This document shows positions 13,001-23,790 of a stretch of 64,000 bases of DNA, in pieces (positions within the stretch are counted from its first letter, which is position 1; every line of letters starts with the position of its first letter). The position numbers and the translations under genes are program-made. The notes beneath the pieces were generated by a model. It had not been told where the DNA came from and made no database searches. It saw nothing but the letters and a program-made list of their open reading frames with translations. Location: the NCBI GenBank assembly GCA_030141605.1, contig JAQGDQ010000129.1, positions 8,781-72,780 on the forward strand. The letters are read 5' to 3'. The DNA comes from Tubiluchus corallicola. Lineage: Eukaryota; Animalia; Priapulida.

Positions 13001-14984
13001 ATAAACTGATTGCACTTTTTCATAAGCACAAATTTGCAGAACAGCAGAACATCATGCCTACGATGTATTTTTTCTACATTAATTGGTCATGCGCTCGTCT
13101 TTTGTATTTTTTCGTTTGTCAGGTTACGGAAATGGAATAAATCTGATTGTTACATTCCATAGACGACCCTTATATTGAATGCCCGAGTTACATAAGTCCT
13201 CACATAATGGCATCTTTTAAAATCATAATTGTAACCAGAAAAATATCGTAAAATTAACTAATGTTACATTGATGTATGACATAAATTTTGACCACATTTG
13301 TATTAATTTTGACTATGAAGATCTCTTTGAGGTTTATACAACCTGGGCAGAATAGGAAACCTTTTGCTTTGTTTTTATAACAAATCAAATAGTTGTTTTT
13401 ATCTAACTTCCAAAGCCAAAAGCTAAACTTAACTGCGCATTTTCGTGATTGCAAAATGGTTCAATCAGCAACTCATAGACGTAAGCGTTGTGCATTTTTT
13501 CATAAACGAAACTAGATTACAGATTTCCACTATTTCTCTTGCAATTTCAATTGACAATAACAAAATCTAGAACCAGGCCAATATTTCTTCCGCTAACTAA
13601 TGAAAAGTTGAGCATTTTTCAAAACACTATTAGTCGCAGTTGTAGCTAAATGTCTCGAACGTACCTGCGTTAAATAAGTTCAGCAGGGGTGTGTGAAATA
13701 ACTTGTACGCTGATTGGGCAGTCAACGAAAATCTTTGACATTATGTTAGACGTCAATTCTTGAATTAAACATCTAGAATAAGGGCGCAATTAATTTCGGG
13801 GTATGCTGACCTAATAACGGGTCTTCTCTGATCATCTTTGTTCTGCTACTTTATTTTCTGTCTGATTCTCAAAACTTTTAGTTAGAGCTTCATTGTAGCC
13901 CGATAGGGCCCATTTCTCCGCATTACAGTAGCTATACCTGCTATTTTCTGTACTGTTAGCTGAGCTAGTCTAGCTTCAAATCTTCTGAGAAAAGTGATTG
14001 AATTCCATATTTTCAAAAAGGAAACCTGCGGAATAGGTAATTTTTAAGTATGTAATTTTTTGTAAAGACATCTAGCATGTATTTATTTTGGTTGTATATA
14101 ACAAATGTAATTATCAGGTTCGTAAGCTTAGTCTATGGTTTACAAAAGGTTTTATATTGTTTGTGAAAGTGGACGCTATTATCCTGTGAAGACAACGCAC
14201 AGCAAGTGAGAAAGGAATTGATGATGAACAGGACTATTAGTTTATTTGTAATTACAGCTGGAATAAACACCATTTGTGGCAAGAATCAGCGTGTCCAAAA
14301 TTCCGAATTCTGAACGTCAAGTATGGTAATATTATACTTGACTTGTTGGATACAGGAAATAGTGTCCCTGTTCAGATCTTTCGAATTATAATCCGTTTCA
14401 TAATGGAAGTCGACGCGCAGCTTTTAATGAATAATGAAAGTGAAAGTATGATAATATTATACTTGACTTGCTGGATACAGGAAATAGTGTCGCTGTTCAG
14501 ATCTTTCGAATTACAGTCCGTTTCATAATGGAAGTCGACGCTCAGCTTTTAATGAATAATGAAAGTGAAAGTGATTATTAATATCGCTGGTCATTATAGC
14601 TGGAAAGTGCCATTGTACGGAAATTTCCATACAACTACTAACGCGTTGCTAGATTTTTTTACAATTTCTACTTGTGTGAATAATATATTTACAATAGGCA
14701 GCTGCTACCATGTACCACATATCGGGCCGGATCATGACATTTTGGTCCCTCTAGGCTAATGAAATTATGGCCCCCCTCAGACGGAGCTACCCTCTAATTC
14801 GTCCGCACTTGTCTTGAATATTTTTTACTTGTGATATATACTGACATTTACATGGCTTGAAGTAAACTTAATATGAATTCGGCCTCCGTTTTTAAGTTTA
14901 AATTTTACTATAAGTTAAATGAATTATTCAGCAAAGCAAAATATTAAAATACCCATTTTTATAATATTATTAAAATAGTGTTAT

Positions 14985-15028
<44 letters not shown>

Positions 15029-18000
15029 CAATATTTTCAAAATATTAAACTGCTGGCGGTATCTCGCCGCCAAATACTAAACTACCCAGGTTGGTTCAGT
15101 ACCAGCTGAAGCGGAGGTCAAGCAGTCTATTACTCTCCTGACATCCCTACCAGAAATATGCTGTGTAAGAAAAACAATACCTTTGTTTGCAAATTACATG
15201 AAGTAGATTCATAAATAATGATGAAACAAAGTATACACTGTCATGGATTAATCTAACGGGACCAGTAAAAAAGCAGACGACCAGGCCAGACGGATAACTT
15301 AGCTTTAACAGAAACTTACATTTAACGTGAAAGGGGTGTGCAGTACAATATTATTAAACTCATTTTTCAAAAAAATTATTTTCGAAAATCTGTTAGCAGC
15401 GCCCCCAAGCTTGAGGTATCCCTAGGCTGCAGCCTACATTAGTCTATAGGATAATCACACACACACACACCAACATTTCTCAAAATTGTTTCTAGATCCA
15501 CGTGTTATCCTCAAAATAACGGAGGACATAATACAACTTTAGGACTGGACAAGCGCACTATTACACATGTCCTTATGGGAGGAAAGGCTATCCCTGCGAA
15601 ATACTTCAGAGTATGCTCTTATTGAAATTCAGCCTTTTCCTAAAATCCATACAAAGTGAAAAATGCAATCAATTTGAATATGGACGCTAACATGAATAGT
15701 ATTACCTTAGAATTAAAGTAATATTTCTTTGAGTAACTGGTTGCTTCGGGTTTATTAATGTTTTAACAGTAACTTATTATCCAGAAAGCGGCAGGGATAG
15801 ATGTAGTGTCACAACTGCTGAACATTTCAGATCCATGTGGTAACAATCCTTGTAAAAATGCTGGTCGATGCACAGCTTATGATGAAGGACATGGACATGA
15901 ACATGACTACTACTGTACTTGTTCTTATAACTGGACAGGATACCACTGTGAGGAAGTATATGGTAAGAGCCAGTACATATAAAATTTGGATGCAGACTAA
16001 AGTTCACATTTAGTCACATCATACCTATGTGTGCTGCATGCCGGAAAATACTGTCACTATTTCAGATCCATGCAGTGATAATCCTTGCAATAATGGAGGT
16101 CGATGCACAGCTTATGGCGAAGGACATAGACACGAGCATGACTACTACTGCACTTGTCCTTACAGTTGGATAGGATACCACTGTGAAGAACTTTATGGTA
16201 AATCATTAAAAAATTTGCTGTTCTTTTGCTCTTCGTTGAGTTGAATAATGCAATACAAAATCCGCAGTGAATATGCTTCTGAATGGTCTGCCGAATCCAT
16301 GCCATATTTCTCCTTATAATAATCAAGGGTGGGATGTAGCTGATGCGGAAAGGCATGGACATGTACAAGACTTATACAGCACTTGCTCTTAAAATGAATA
16401 ATGCACTGCATGCCTGCAATACTCCCTTCAAGGCATAAGCTCCTGACCATTATTTCAGATCCATGCAGGAGCAATCCTTGTAAAAATGGGGGTCAGTGTA
16501 CAGCTTATGGTGAAGGACATGGACACGAACATGACTACTACTGTACTTGTTCTTATAATTGGACAGGATACCACTGTGAGGAAGTATATGGTAAGAGCCA
16601 GTACATATAAAATTTGGATGCAGACTAAAGTTCAGATTCAATAACATGTTGCGTATGAGTACTGCAGTGGACTGCCAGAAAATATTATCGCTGTTTCAGA
16701 TCCTTGCAGTGGAAATCCTTGCAATAATGGAGGTCGATGCACGGCTTATGGCGAAGGACATAGACACGAGCATGACTACTACTGCACTTGTCCTTACAGT
16801 TGGATAGGATACCACTGTGAAGAACTTTATGGTAAATCTTGAAAAATTTGCTGTTCTTTTGCTCTTCGTTGAGTTGAATAATGCAATACAAAATCCGCAG
16901 TGAATATGCTTCTGAATGTTCTGCCGAATCCATGCCATATTTCTCCTTATAATAATCAAGGGTGGGATGTAGCTGACGCGGAAAGGCATGGACATGTACA
17001 AGACTTATACAGCACTTGCTCTTTGAATGAATAATGCACTGCATGCCTACAATACTCCCTTCAAGGCATAAGCTCCTGACCATTATTTCAGATCCATGCA
17101 GGAGCAATCCTTGTAAAAATGGGGGCCAGTGTACAGCTTATGGTGAAGGACATGGACATGAACATGACTACTACTGTACTTGTTCTTATAATTGGACAGG
17201 ATACCACTGTGAGGAAGTATATGGTAAGAGCCAGTACATATAAAATTTGGATGCAGACTAAAGTTCACATTTAATCACATCATACCTATGTGTGCTGCAT
17301 GCCGGAAAATACTGTCACTATTTCAGATCCTTGCAGTGATAACCCTTGCAATAATGGAGGTCGATGCACAGCTTATGGCGAAGGACATAGACACGAGCAT
17401 GACTACTACTGCACTTGTCCTTACAGTTGGATAGGATACCACTGTGAAGAACTTTATGGTAAATCATTAAAAAATTTGCTGTTCTTTTGCTCTTCGTTGA
17501 GTTGAATAATGCAATACAAAATCCGCAGTGAATATGCTTCTGAATGTTCTGCCGAATCCATGCCATATTTCTCCTTATAATAATCAAGGGTGGGATGTAG
17601 CTGACGCGGAAAGGCATGGACATGTACAAGACTTATACAGCACTTGCTCTTAAAATGAATAATGCACTGCATGCCTACAATACTCCCTTCAAGGCATAAG
17701 CTCCTGACCATTATTTCAGATCCATGCAGGAGCAATCCTTGTAAAAATGGGGGCCAGTGTACAGCTTATGGTGAAGGACATGGACATGAACATGACTACT
17801 ACTGTACTTGTTCTTATAATTGGACAGGATACCACTGTGAGGAAGTATATGGTAAGAGCCAGTACATATAAAATTTGGATGCAGACTAAAGTTCACATTT
17901 AATCACATCATACCTATGTGTGCTGCATGCCGGAAAATACTGTCACTATTTCAGATCCTTGCAGTAATAATCCTTGCAATAATGGAGGTCGATGCACGGC

Positions 18001-21000
18001 TTATGGTGAAGGACATAGACGTGAGCATGACTATTATTGCACGTGTCCTTACAGTTGGAAAGGATACAATTGTGAGGAAGCATATGGTAAGAGCCAGCAT
18101 ATGCAAAATTCAGATGCACATCTAGATTAAAGTTGGACATTAGTCACATGTTTAGCGGAGATAGAATGCTAGATAGTATCATCACTGTTTCGGATCCTTG
18201 CAGTGATAATGCGGCGGCAAGAGTGTGGTAGCAATTGCGCATGATGTAAGCACGCTATAGTACTTTGCAGTAATGTACAGCTTGCTGAGCTTCTAGATAT
18301 CTAGCTATTCATCTGTCTATCTTCTTTGAGCTTCTTTCTTTTCTGGTTGTCTCCATCTTTTGCTCACTTTGCCCACGATAACCTTCGCTAGCAAAATAAC
18401 TTTTGACGCCCATGTTTGGCTTTGGAGCATATTTACATGCCTGTAATTATAATTTACACTTATTAGGTTCTACTTTTAAAAACGTTGCTCATCATCATTA
18501 CATTTTAGTAAGTTGTGAATAACTACTACGTCTTTTGTTCCAGATCCATGTAGCGGTAATCCTTGCCATCACAAAGGAAAATGTACAGCTTATGGTGCAG
18601 GACACGGACACGAACACGATTATTACTGCACTTGTCCTTACGGCTGGAAAGGTTATCACTGTGAAGAAGTTTATGGTAAAGGTTTTAAACATTAATAGAT
18701 AAGTTGTTCAATATAATGACATATGCATTTAAATTTTTAGCAAGAATAAGTTTTGCTTGACTGCAATTTTGTTTCTACATCTTTTGCTACTTCAATCAAA
18801 GAATCACTGCACAGTTTTAGACACTATGTTGCAAAAGGTAAGGTTGCGTGTGCATGCACATATGCACAATATTAATTGGTAATTTCATTGAGTCAGTCTT
18901 ATTGATAAGATTTTCGTTTCACTACACTCGACACTCGACTGTAGGTAATTTCGTCAAAAATACTTCGCAATGTTTTTCAGGATCACTATCTCATTATTAA
19001 TTATATTTTGAGTGTGTATGCCTCTTAAAGCCGGACCTCATTTTGATGGACACAAAATTGTACGCTCGATCTAATTGTAGTACCTTACATTAAATTTGAT
19101 TTTAATGTTCATTGATTGGCAAATTGATGGTCGCCAACAGACTATCAATAATTACAATTATCAACGCCCAATATTGACAATAATGTTGAGCAACGTATGC
19201 ACTTCTCTCTTTTAAGACGTAAAATTTCAACGTAGGTCTCTATAATAATGAAAACCTAATTTGCCTATTAATAATTATATATATATGTATAGATCCTTGC
19301 TATCCTAACCCGTGCCATAATGATGCAGAGTGTCACGCCTTAGGGGCATCGCATAAAGGTGATCACGACTATAAATGTACGTGTGCTTATGGCTGGAAAG
19401 GATACCATTGCGAAGAAGTTTATGGTAACATTACATTTATAACATAAGATATATTTTTATCACTGCTGCATCTATTTAAACGCATTAGTATGCACATAAT
19501 ACTTTTCGAATGTTGGTCCTTTTTGAATAATTAACAAGCTGGAAATTTTGATACGATTATTGTATGGAGAAACTTTTGATATTCATTGCATGTAGCCTGC
19601 CTTTGAGTGACTTGCATCACTTTTTCTTTCAAATGCGTAACAAAAGCCAATGAATCTATGAACAGTATTGCTTATTAAAATACAAATATTTTGATCACCA
19701 TTACGAGTGCCCCATCAGTGTAATGTACTCAATTATAAATTTTTGAACTTAAAAGCTAAAATCTATTTACATTGTAATGTCTACAATTGTCATTTTTTTA
19801 CATTACACAAGTGAGATGGATACCGAAATATTTGTATTTCAGTAAACAACATCATCCGTAGGTACATTCATATTTGTTGAGTAGTGATCAGAAAATGCTC
19901 TCGTATTCGACTTCCTGGAATGACTCCATTCTGTCGGTTTTATCTGTGTCATCCGAAAATTTATATGCAGGTTACACCGTTTGTTGAACTCTTTCCTAGC
20001 TTTGACTTATTTTTCCCTCTCCTATTTTCGTTTTTTTTCAGTATAACTCATTACTTGTCTTGTTGACTTAGATCCCTGTTACCCAAACCCGTGCAATCAT
20101 GGAACGTGTCACAAACATGGAAAACATTATAAAGGCAAAGACGACTACGAATGCCACTGTAAGCCAGGGTGGGGAGGTCACCATTGCAAACAACGCTTGC
20201 CCTCCCATCTTCCTATTCATCCATTGCTGGTGGGGCCATTTCCTGGTCATGGCCACCCTGGTAAGTTGCCCTGTACGTTTTGTGTTTTAAAATGTTTTAA
20301 TAAACGGCCGACCAACTGTCTAGTTTCCTATATTTTTCTGAGTGGCAATTCTGTTTTGCATTTTGAACTCCAGATGATTTCTTTTACATTATATGTTCGG
20401 TGTATATTCGTCATATCTGTCTGTTTAGCGCAGTAAACTTTAAAACTTTGTCTGCTGTTTTGTCTGCAGTATCATGAAAGAATAATGGTATGCATGTATT
20501 ATTATAACACAGTATGCATGGTGTGTCTATGCCTGTCAGTATATGGTATTTGCCAGGTAAGTGTTAACTATTGTCATTATTATATTACAAAAATGGATTG
20601 TTAGAATCAGTTCTACAAACTCTAGAGATACTGCCAACACTCCACTTTGTATTATATTATTACCTCCTACTACCTTCTACTAGTCAGTTTTAAATTGAAC
20701 TACAGTGAAGATTAAACTACAGAAAAGTACGCATATACGATGTCATCAAACAAGATGTCATCAAACCAAGTAATTAATCTACGTTTTTAGTTCCAATTTA
20801 AGGATTTATTTATGAACAGAGGATAGTTAAAACACGTGATTTTGGTATGTTATATGTTCGTATCGTTCATAAATGTCAGTTGTTATAATAGTTTGGGATA
20901 TTTACTTAGTGGTCGGTTGTTTTTATTACAGCGTACTGATATTACGAACTCTCTTGTACATCCTGTATGTGGTATCCAGCCTTACATGGCCTTTGATTGG

Positions 21001-21884
21001 AAGATTGCCTTTTTCTGCATCCTAGAAGTACCTGAAATTTACTTCTAGTTACTACTATGCTAAGATGCAACACCAAAGTATAACTGCAACGCGATTTGCT
21101 TCTTCAACTCCCAGCTTTTCCTGCCTGTTCGTGAATAGGCAGTCTCCTTTTGTCATCATTTTCTTTTACCCTGCTACGTTTAAGACGTCTATAATTTTCA
21201 TTAGTATAACTGACATTAATTTATACTTTTACGTAGTTGGACGTTGCGGTAAACGATGCCTGCATGGCGGTCGGTGCGTTAAAATTGGAAGAAAAGAAGT
21301 CTGTGATTGCCCTCTAGGCTTTGTAGGGAAACGTTGCCAAACACGTAAGCTTATTTTTAAATCATTGTTAGATTACTGTTTCTAATCGTGCATTAAAAGG
21401 TAAATAGCTAACATGCTTAATAAGCCATCAATATAAAAAATTATTGGTGCTGCGTAATCGATGTTTTAGTAAGCGCTGTTTTCTAAATAAAGCGAGGTTT
21501 TCTCTTCTGTGACTTGCTGATGTGCTTTACGCCTTTGTTTACACATTATAATTTATACGACTTTTAACATTATTACTAAGCAAGATAAAGTGCGAAACCG
21601 TCACGCCACATTTGACTGTATAGGAATTTAACTTGTCTTAATTATATCTCATACGATAAGGTTTTTAGGTTTCATAAATTTAAGATAACTGTAACAAGTT
21701 TGCTAGGCTAACGAGATCAGTTTCGAGAAGATTTTTCTGTTACAAAATCTTAAATATATAAAAATGAATACGAATATATGAAATTAATATACGAAATAGC
21801 TAATGTTGTACTATATTAGAAGTATCCGGTTGGTTTACAAACATCTGTTTTTCAGATATACCACCAGCTCATCATTCATGGTAG
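7004..21884 (+). CDS. Secreted His/Tyr-rich multi-EGF-domain protein (~972 aa, 17 EGF-like repeats, YYAP repeat block, no TM segment)
   Basis: Exons: 7004-7032 (GC donor), 8100-8233, 8667-9482, 10467-10628, 11845-11976, 15831-15962, 16066-16197, 16459-16590, 16700-16831, 17092-17223, 17327-17458, 17720-17851, 17955-18086, 18544-18675, 19293-19424, 20072-20260, 21237-21344, 21856-21884. All acceptors are AG; all donors except the first are GT and phase 1. The total is 2919 nt, open to TAG. The N-terminus MEKRDHFHTWNCFLVLFVALVLPVEVKS looks like a signal peptide, and the repeats show canonical 6-Cys EGF spacing (DPCxxNPCxNGGxC...YYCxCxxxWxGYHC). The C-terminus is HIPPAHHSW*. Confidence 0.9.
8821..9110 (+). 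repeat. Coding peptide repeat, nine (S/G/D)-x-YYAP-type units
   Basis: DGYYSPE, SGYYAPS, GGYYAPA, SDYYAPT, GDYYAPE x3, ESYIVPE and SGYYAPD in exon 3. Confidence 0.9.
9830..10100 (+). mobile_element. Decayed Penelope-like element 3' end with a hammerhead-like motif
   Basis: The frameshifted reading ...DLIIKEAFH...KINSEIESWAYAYNLVC* resembles the C-terminus of Penelope GIY-YIG endonucleases. About 100 bp later comes CTGAAGA-TGCTAGTCGATGTTGC-GAAA (10055-10081). Confidence 0.4.
12157..12966. repeat. Compound microsatellite (CTAAA)n-(CTAAGA)n-(CTAAA)n-(CTAAGA)n-(CTAAA)n
   Basis: Read directly. It follows a GC-rich ~80 bp segment (12077-12156) that may be a retroelement 3' end. Confidence 0.97.
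14321..14572. repeat. Two-copy 125-bp tandem duplication
   Basis: Copies start at 14321 (GTATGGTAATATTATACTTGAC...) and 14446 (GTATGATAATATTATACTTGAC...) and are nearly identical. Confidence 0.92.
14721..15456. mobile_element. hAT-type MITE remnant in an intron of the EGF gene
   Basis: Left end GGGCCGGATCAT...CCCTCTAGGC...GGCCCCCC; right end GCGCCCCC...CCCTAGGCTGCAGCCTA...ATAATC. Same terminal style as 61968-62475. Confidence 0.5.
15496..15610 (+). pseudogene. Frameshifted EGF pseudo-exon
   Basis: TTCTAG|ATCCA start as in the real exons. The 3' part reads TCPYGRKGYPCEILQ before a GT, but it is in a different frame from the start, whose frame hits TAG. Confidence 0.65.
15820..18210 (+). repeat. 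Tandem array of ~628-633 bp units (exon A, exon B, pseudo-exon), about 3.7 copies
   Basis: A exons start at 15831/16459/17092/17720 and B exons at 16066/16700/17327/17955. Introns are also near-identical between units. Confidence 0.95.
16295..16395 (+). pseudogene. Fossil EGF exon in the repeat unit (copy 1; further copies start at 16928 and 17556)
   Basis: NPCHISPYNNQGWDVADAERHGHVQDLYSTCS* aligns ungapped to DPCSDNPCNNGGRCTAYGEGHGHEHDYYCTCSY. The acceptor AG is lost (CCGA|ATCC), three Cys are lost and there is an in-frame stop. Confidence 0.8.
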
Positions 21885-22039
21885 CAGGCAGTAGCTGTTT
21901 TTCAGTTCGTGTCAACCAAGAGATATATCAAAGCCAAAGCGTTCATACTTAAATTGACTAACAGAAATAGTTTAAAACACTGTTTTAAAGCAGCAAGTGA
22001 ACTAATTCTATTGCTGCTTAACTCTATTGCAGTCAAAGA

Positions 22040-22045
22040 AATAAA
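22040..22045 (+). terminator. Candidate polyadenylation signal of the EGF gene
   Basis: AATAAA ~155 nt after the stop codon; a second copy lies at 22066-22071. Confidence 0.5.
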
Positions 22046-22885
22046 TTAACTGAATTTAAACTGAAAATAAAAAATGTGGCAAATGAACCTTTATTAGAGA
22101 GATTCAAAAATAAGGAAGAATAGTAAAAACATTATGCATGTTTTGAGACGCTCGTTCAGCCGGAAATTTTGAGTTGATAGTAAATTTACAATGCAAGGCA
22201 TATCAACATTTTTTCAGTGTTTAATGAGAGTATCTTATGTTGGTGAGACTATTTTGCCATTGATATACAGATGAGAAACTCATGTAACGTTTGCTGGGCA
22301 TGATAGAAAACCTTGAATTTGGTACCCCCCTATTTTTTGATGTACACAAAAACGAAGGTTCTACAACAGCTTCGAGACCTGCAACTGAATGTATCAGCAT
22401 TAAGAGGCTTGTATTGAGCTGTCTGGATATCCTAAAATATTTCCTGTATTATTGAATATACTAAAATCTTTTCTTTACCTGTCCGTTATTTTTCTATTCT
22501 CGCCACAACATATGGTTATGTTTCTAATTTAACTTGTATAATAGGCGTATTTTTTATAGTATGGCCTGCATGTCTGGCGTTTGTCTGACTTCTAAATTCG
22601 GTTAATCTGTTTGCTGTTGATACGTAGCAATTTGTTTTTTCAGTAATTTAAAATATCTCTATAGAATGTAGAAGTTTTTGTACGTGTGTTAAGTTTTGTT
22701 ATTTAACTAGATACGTAAGTGAAAGGGATTTTTTGTTTTTACGTTTTAACTTCTTTTTGCTTTATTATGTAACAATACAAACGTGTTATGCTACGACAAA
22801 TCTTTAAATCTAAATGTATGTAAAAATGTAAGGTCAGATGTAATGCACAATTGTTTAAAAGTTTTTGTAAACTATGTTATTGTTT

Positions 22886-23255
22886 CTTCTTCCCAGCTTT
22901 TCCCTATGCGGGGTCGCCGTTGTGAATGAGTCTTCTCCACGCATTCCTGTTGTTGACCATCTCTTCATTTTTGTCTTCCCTTCCCACATGATCTTCACCG
23001 ACGCTTCTTTTCAGGTGTCCATACCATCGCAATCTTGCGAGGCTTCCACTACTTTTACTGCTCCTCTGATATTATTATTTCTACTTTTATCTCTTCTTGT
23101 TATTCCCACCATCCATCTCAACATCCTCATCTCCACCACACCCATTTTCTTCTCTTCGGTCTTCTTTAGAGAAGCTGCTTCCAGCCCATAGATTAGAGCG
23201 GGTCTGACCACTTCTTTGTGGACTTTACCTTTAAGTCTCACCGACTCATTCTTAG
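22886..23255 (-). mobile_element. 5'-truncated RTE-clade LINE insertion with 16-bp target-site duplication
   Basis: ORF 23011-23241 (LKGKVHKEVVRPALIYGLE...EMRMLRWMVGITRRDKSRNNNIRG) is a typical RTE RT C-terminal region. The 3' end is GACCCCGCATAGGGAAAAGCTGGGAAGAAG. AACTATGTTATTGTTT is duplicated at 22870-22885 and 23256-23271. Confidence 0.92.
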
Positions 23256-23669
23256 AACTATGTTATTGTTTAATCTGCCATAAAGCGTCTATGTAAAAGG
23301 TCATTGTACAGTAGTATTGTTGATTATTACTATTGTAGAATTACTATTTTAGTACATTCATTTCTTTTCCGTGGGTATGAGAAATTTATACGTGAGAGAT
23401 AGGCAGACGTTCGTATTTGTATTTGTTTATGATTTTATGTCACTTTTAAATAAAATCAGTTTAGCAACAACAAAGGTGAAAACTGAGGATTTTTATGTAC
23501 ACACTGCGCATAACTTTAACGCCAGTTTTAATTGTTTTTTACACTTGCCTTTGTATTGTGGCAACTGGCAAATGTTCGAAAACTTGGATGATTCTTTGTA
23601 GGAACTTCGGGCTCGATGTAGCTAAAATATGACCGTGTAAATTTTTTATGGGAGAACTCTGTAATTGAA

Positions 23670-23790
23670 TGTCCCAGATACCTTCGCCTTAACAGGCCTC
23701 ATCAGCTGAATTGATTACTGCGTGTGTAAAATAACGACTTGTGCTCATAACTCTGTGAGGCCCGTTAGGACGAAAGCTCCAGGAGTAAGT
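23670..23790. ncRNA. Pair of divergently oriented, degenerate hammerhead-ribozyme-like motifs (Penelope-type)
   Basis: - strand 23711-23670: CTGATGA-GGCCTGTTAAGGC-GAAGG. + strand 23750-23790: ACT-CTGTGA-GGCCCGTTAGGAC-GAAA-GCTCCAGGAG-TA-AGT. Each has a core defect. Confidence 0.5.

Noticed and set aside
15820-18210. Regularly spaced repeats that could be taken for a CRISPR-like array
   Set aside because: The units are ~630 bp of coding exons plus introns, with no short repeats, unique spacers or cas genes, in a eukaryotic context.
15777-18692. Repeated - strand ORFs over the array
   Set aside because: They are antisense shadows of the EGF exons, repeated only because the DNA is repeated.
8667-21344. 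Notch/Delta/Jagged/Crumbs identity for the EGF gene
   Set aside because: No DSL, LNR, ankyrin, laminin-G or TM segment and no calcium-binding EGF prefix; the ORF ends shortly after EGF17.
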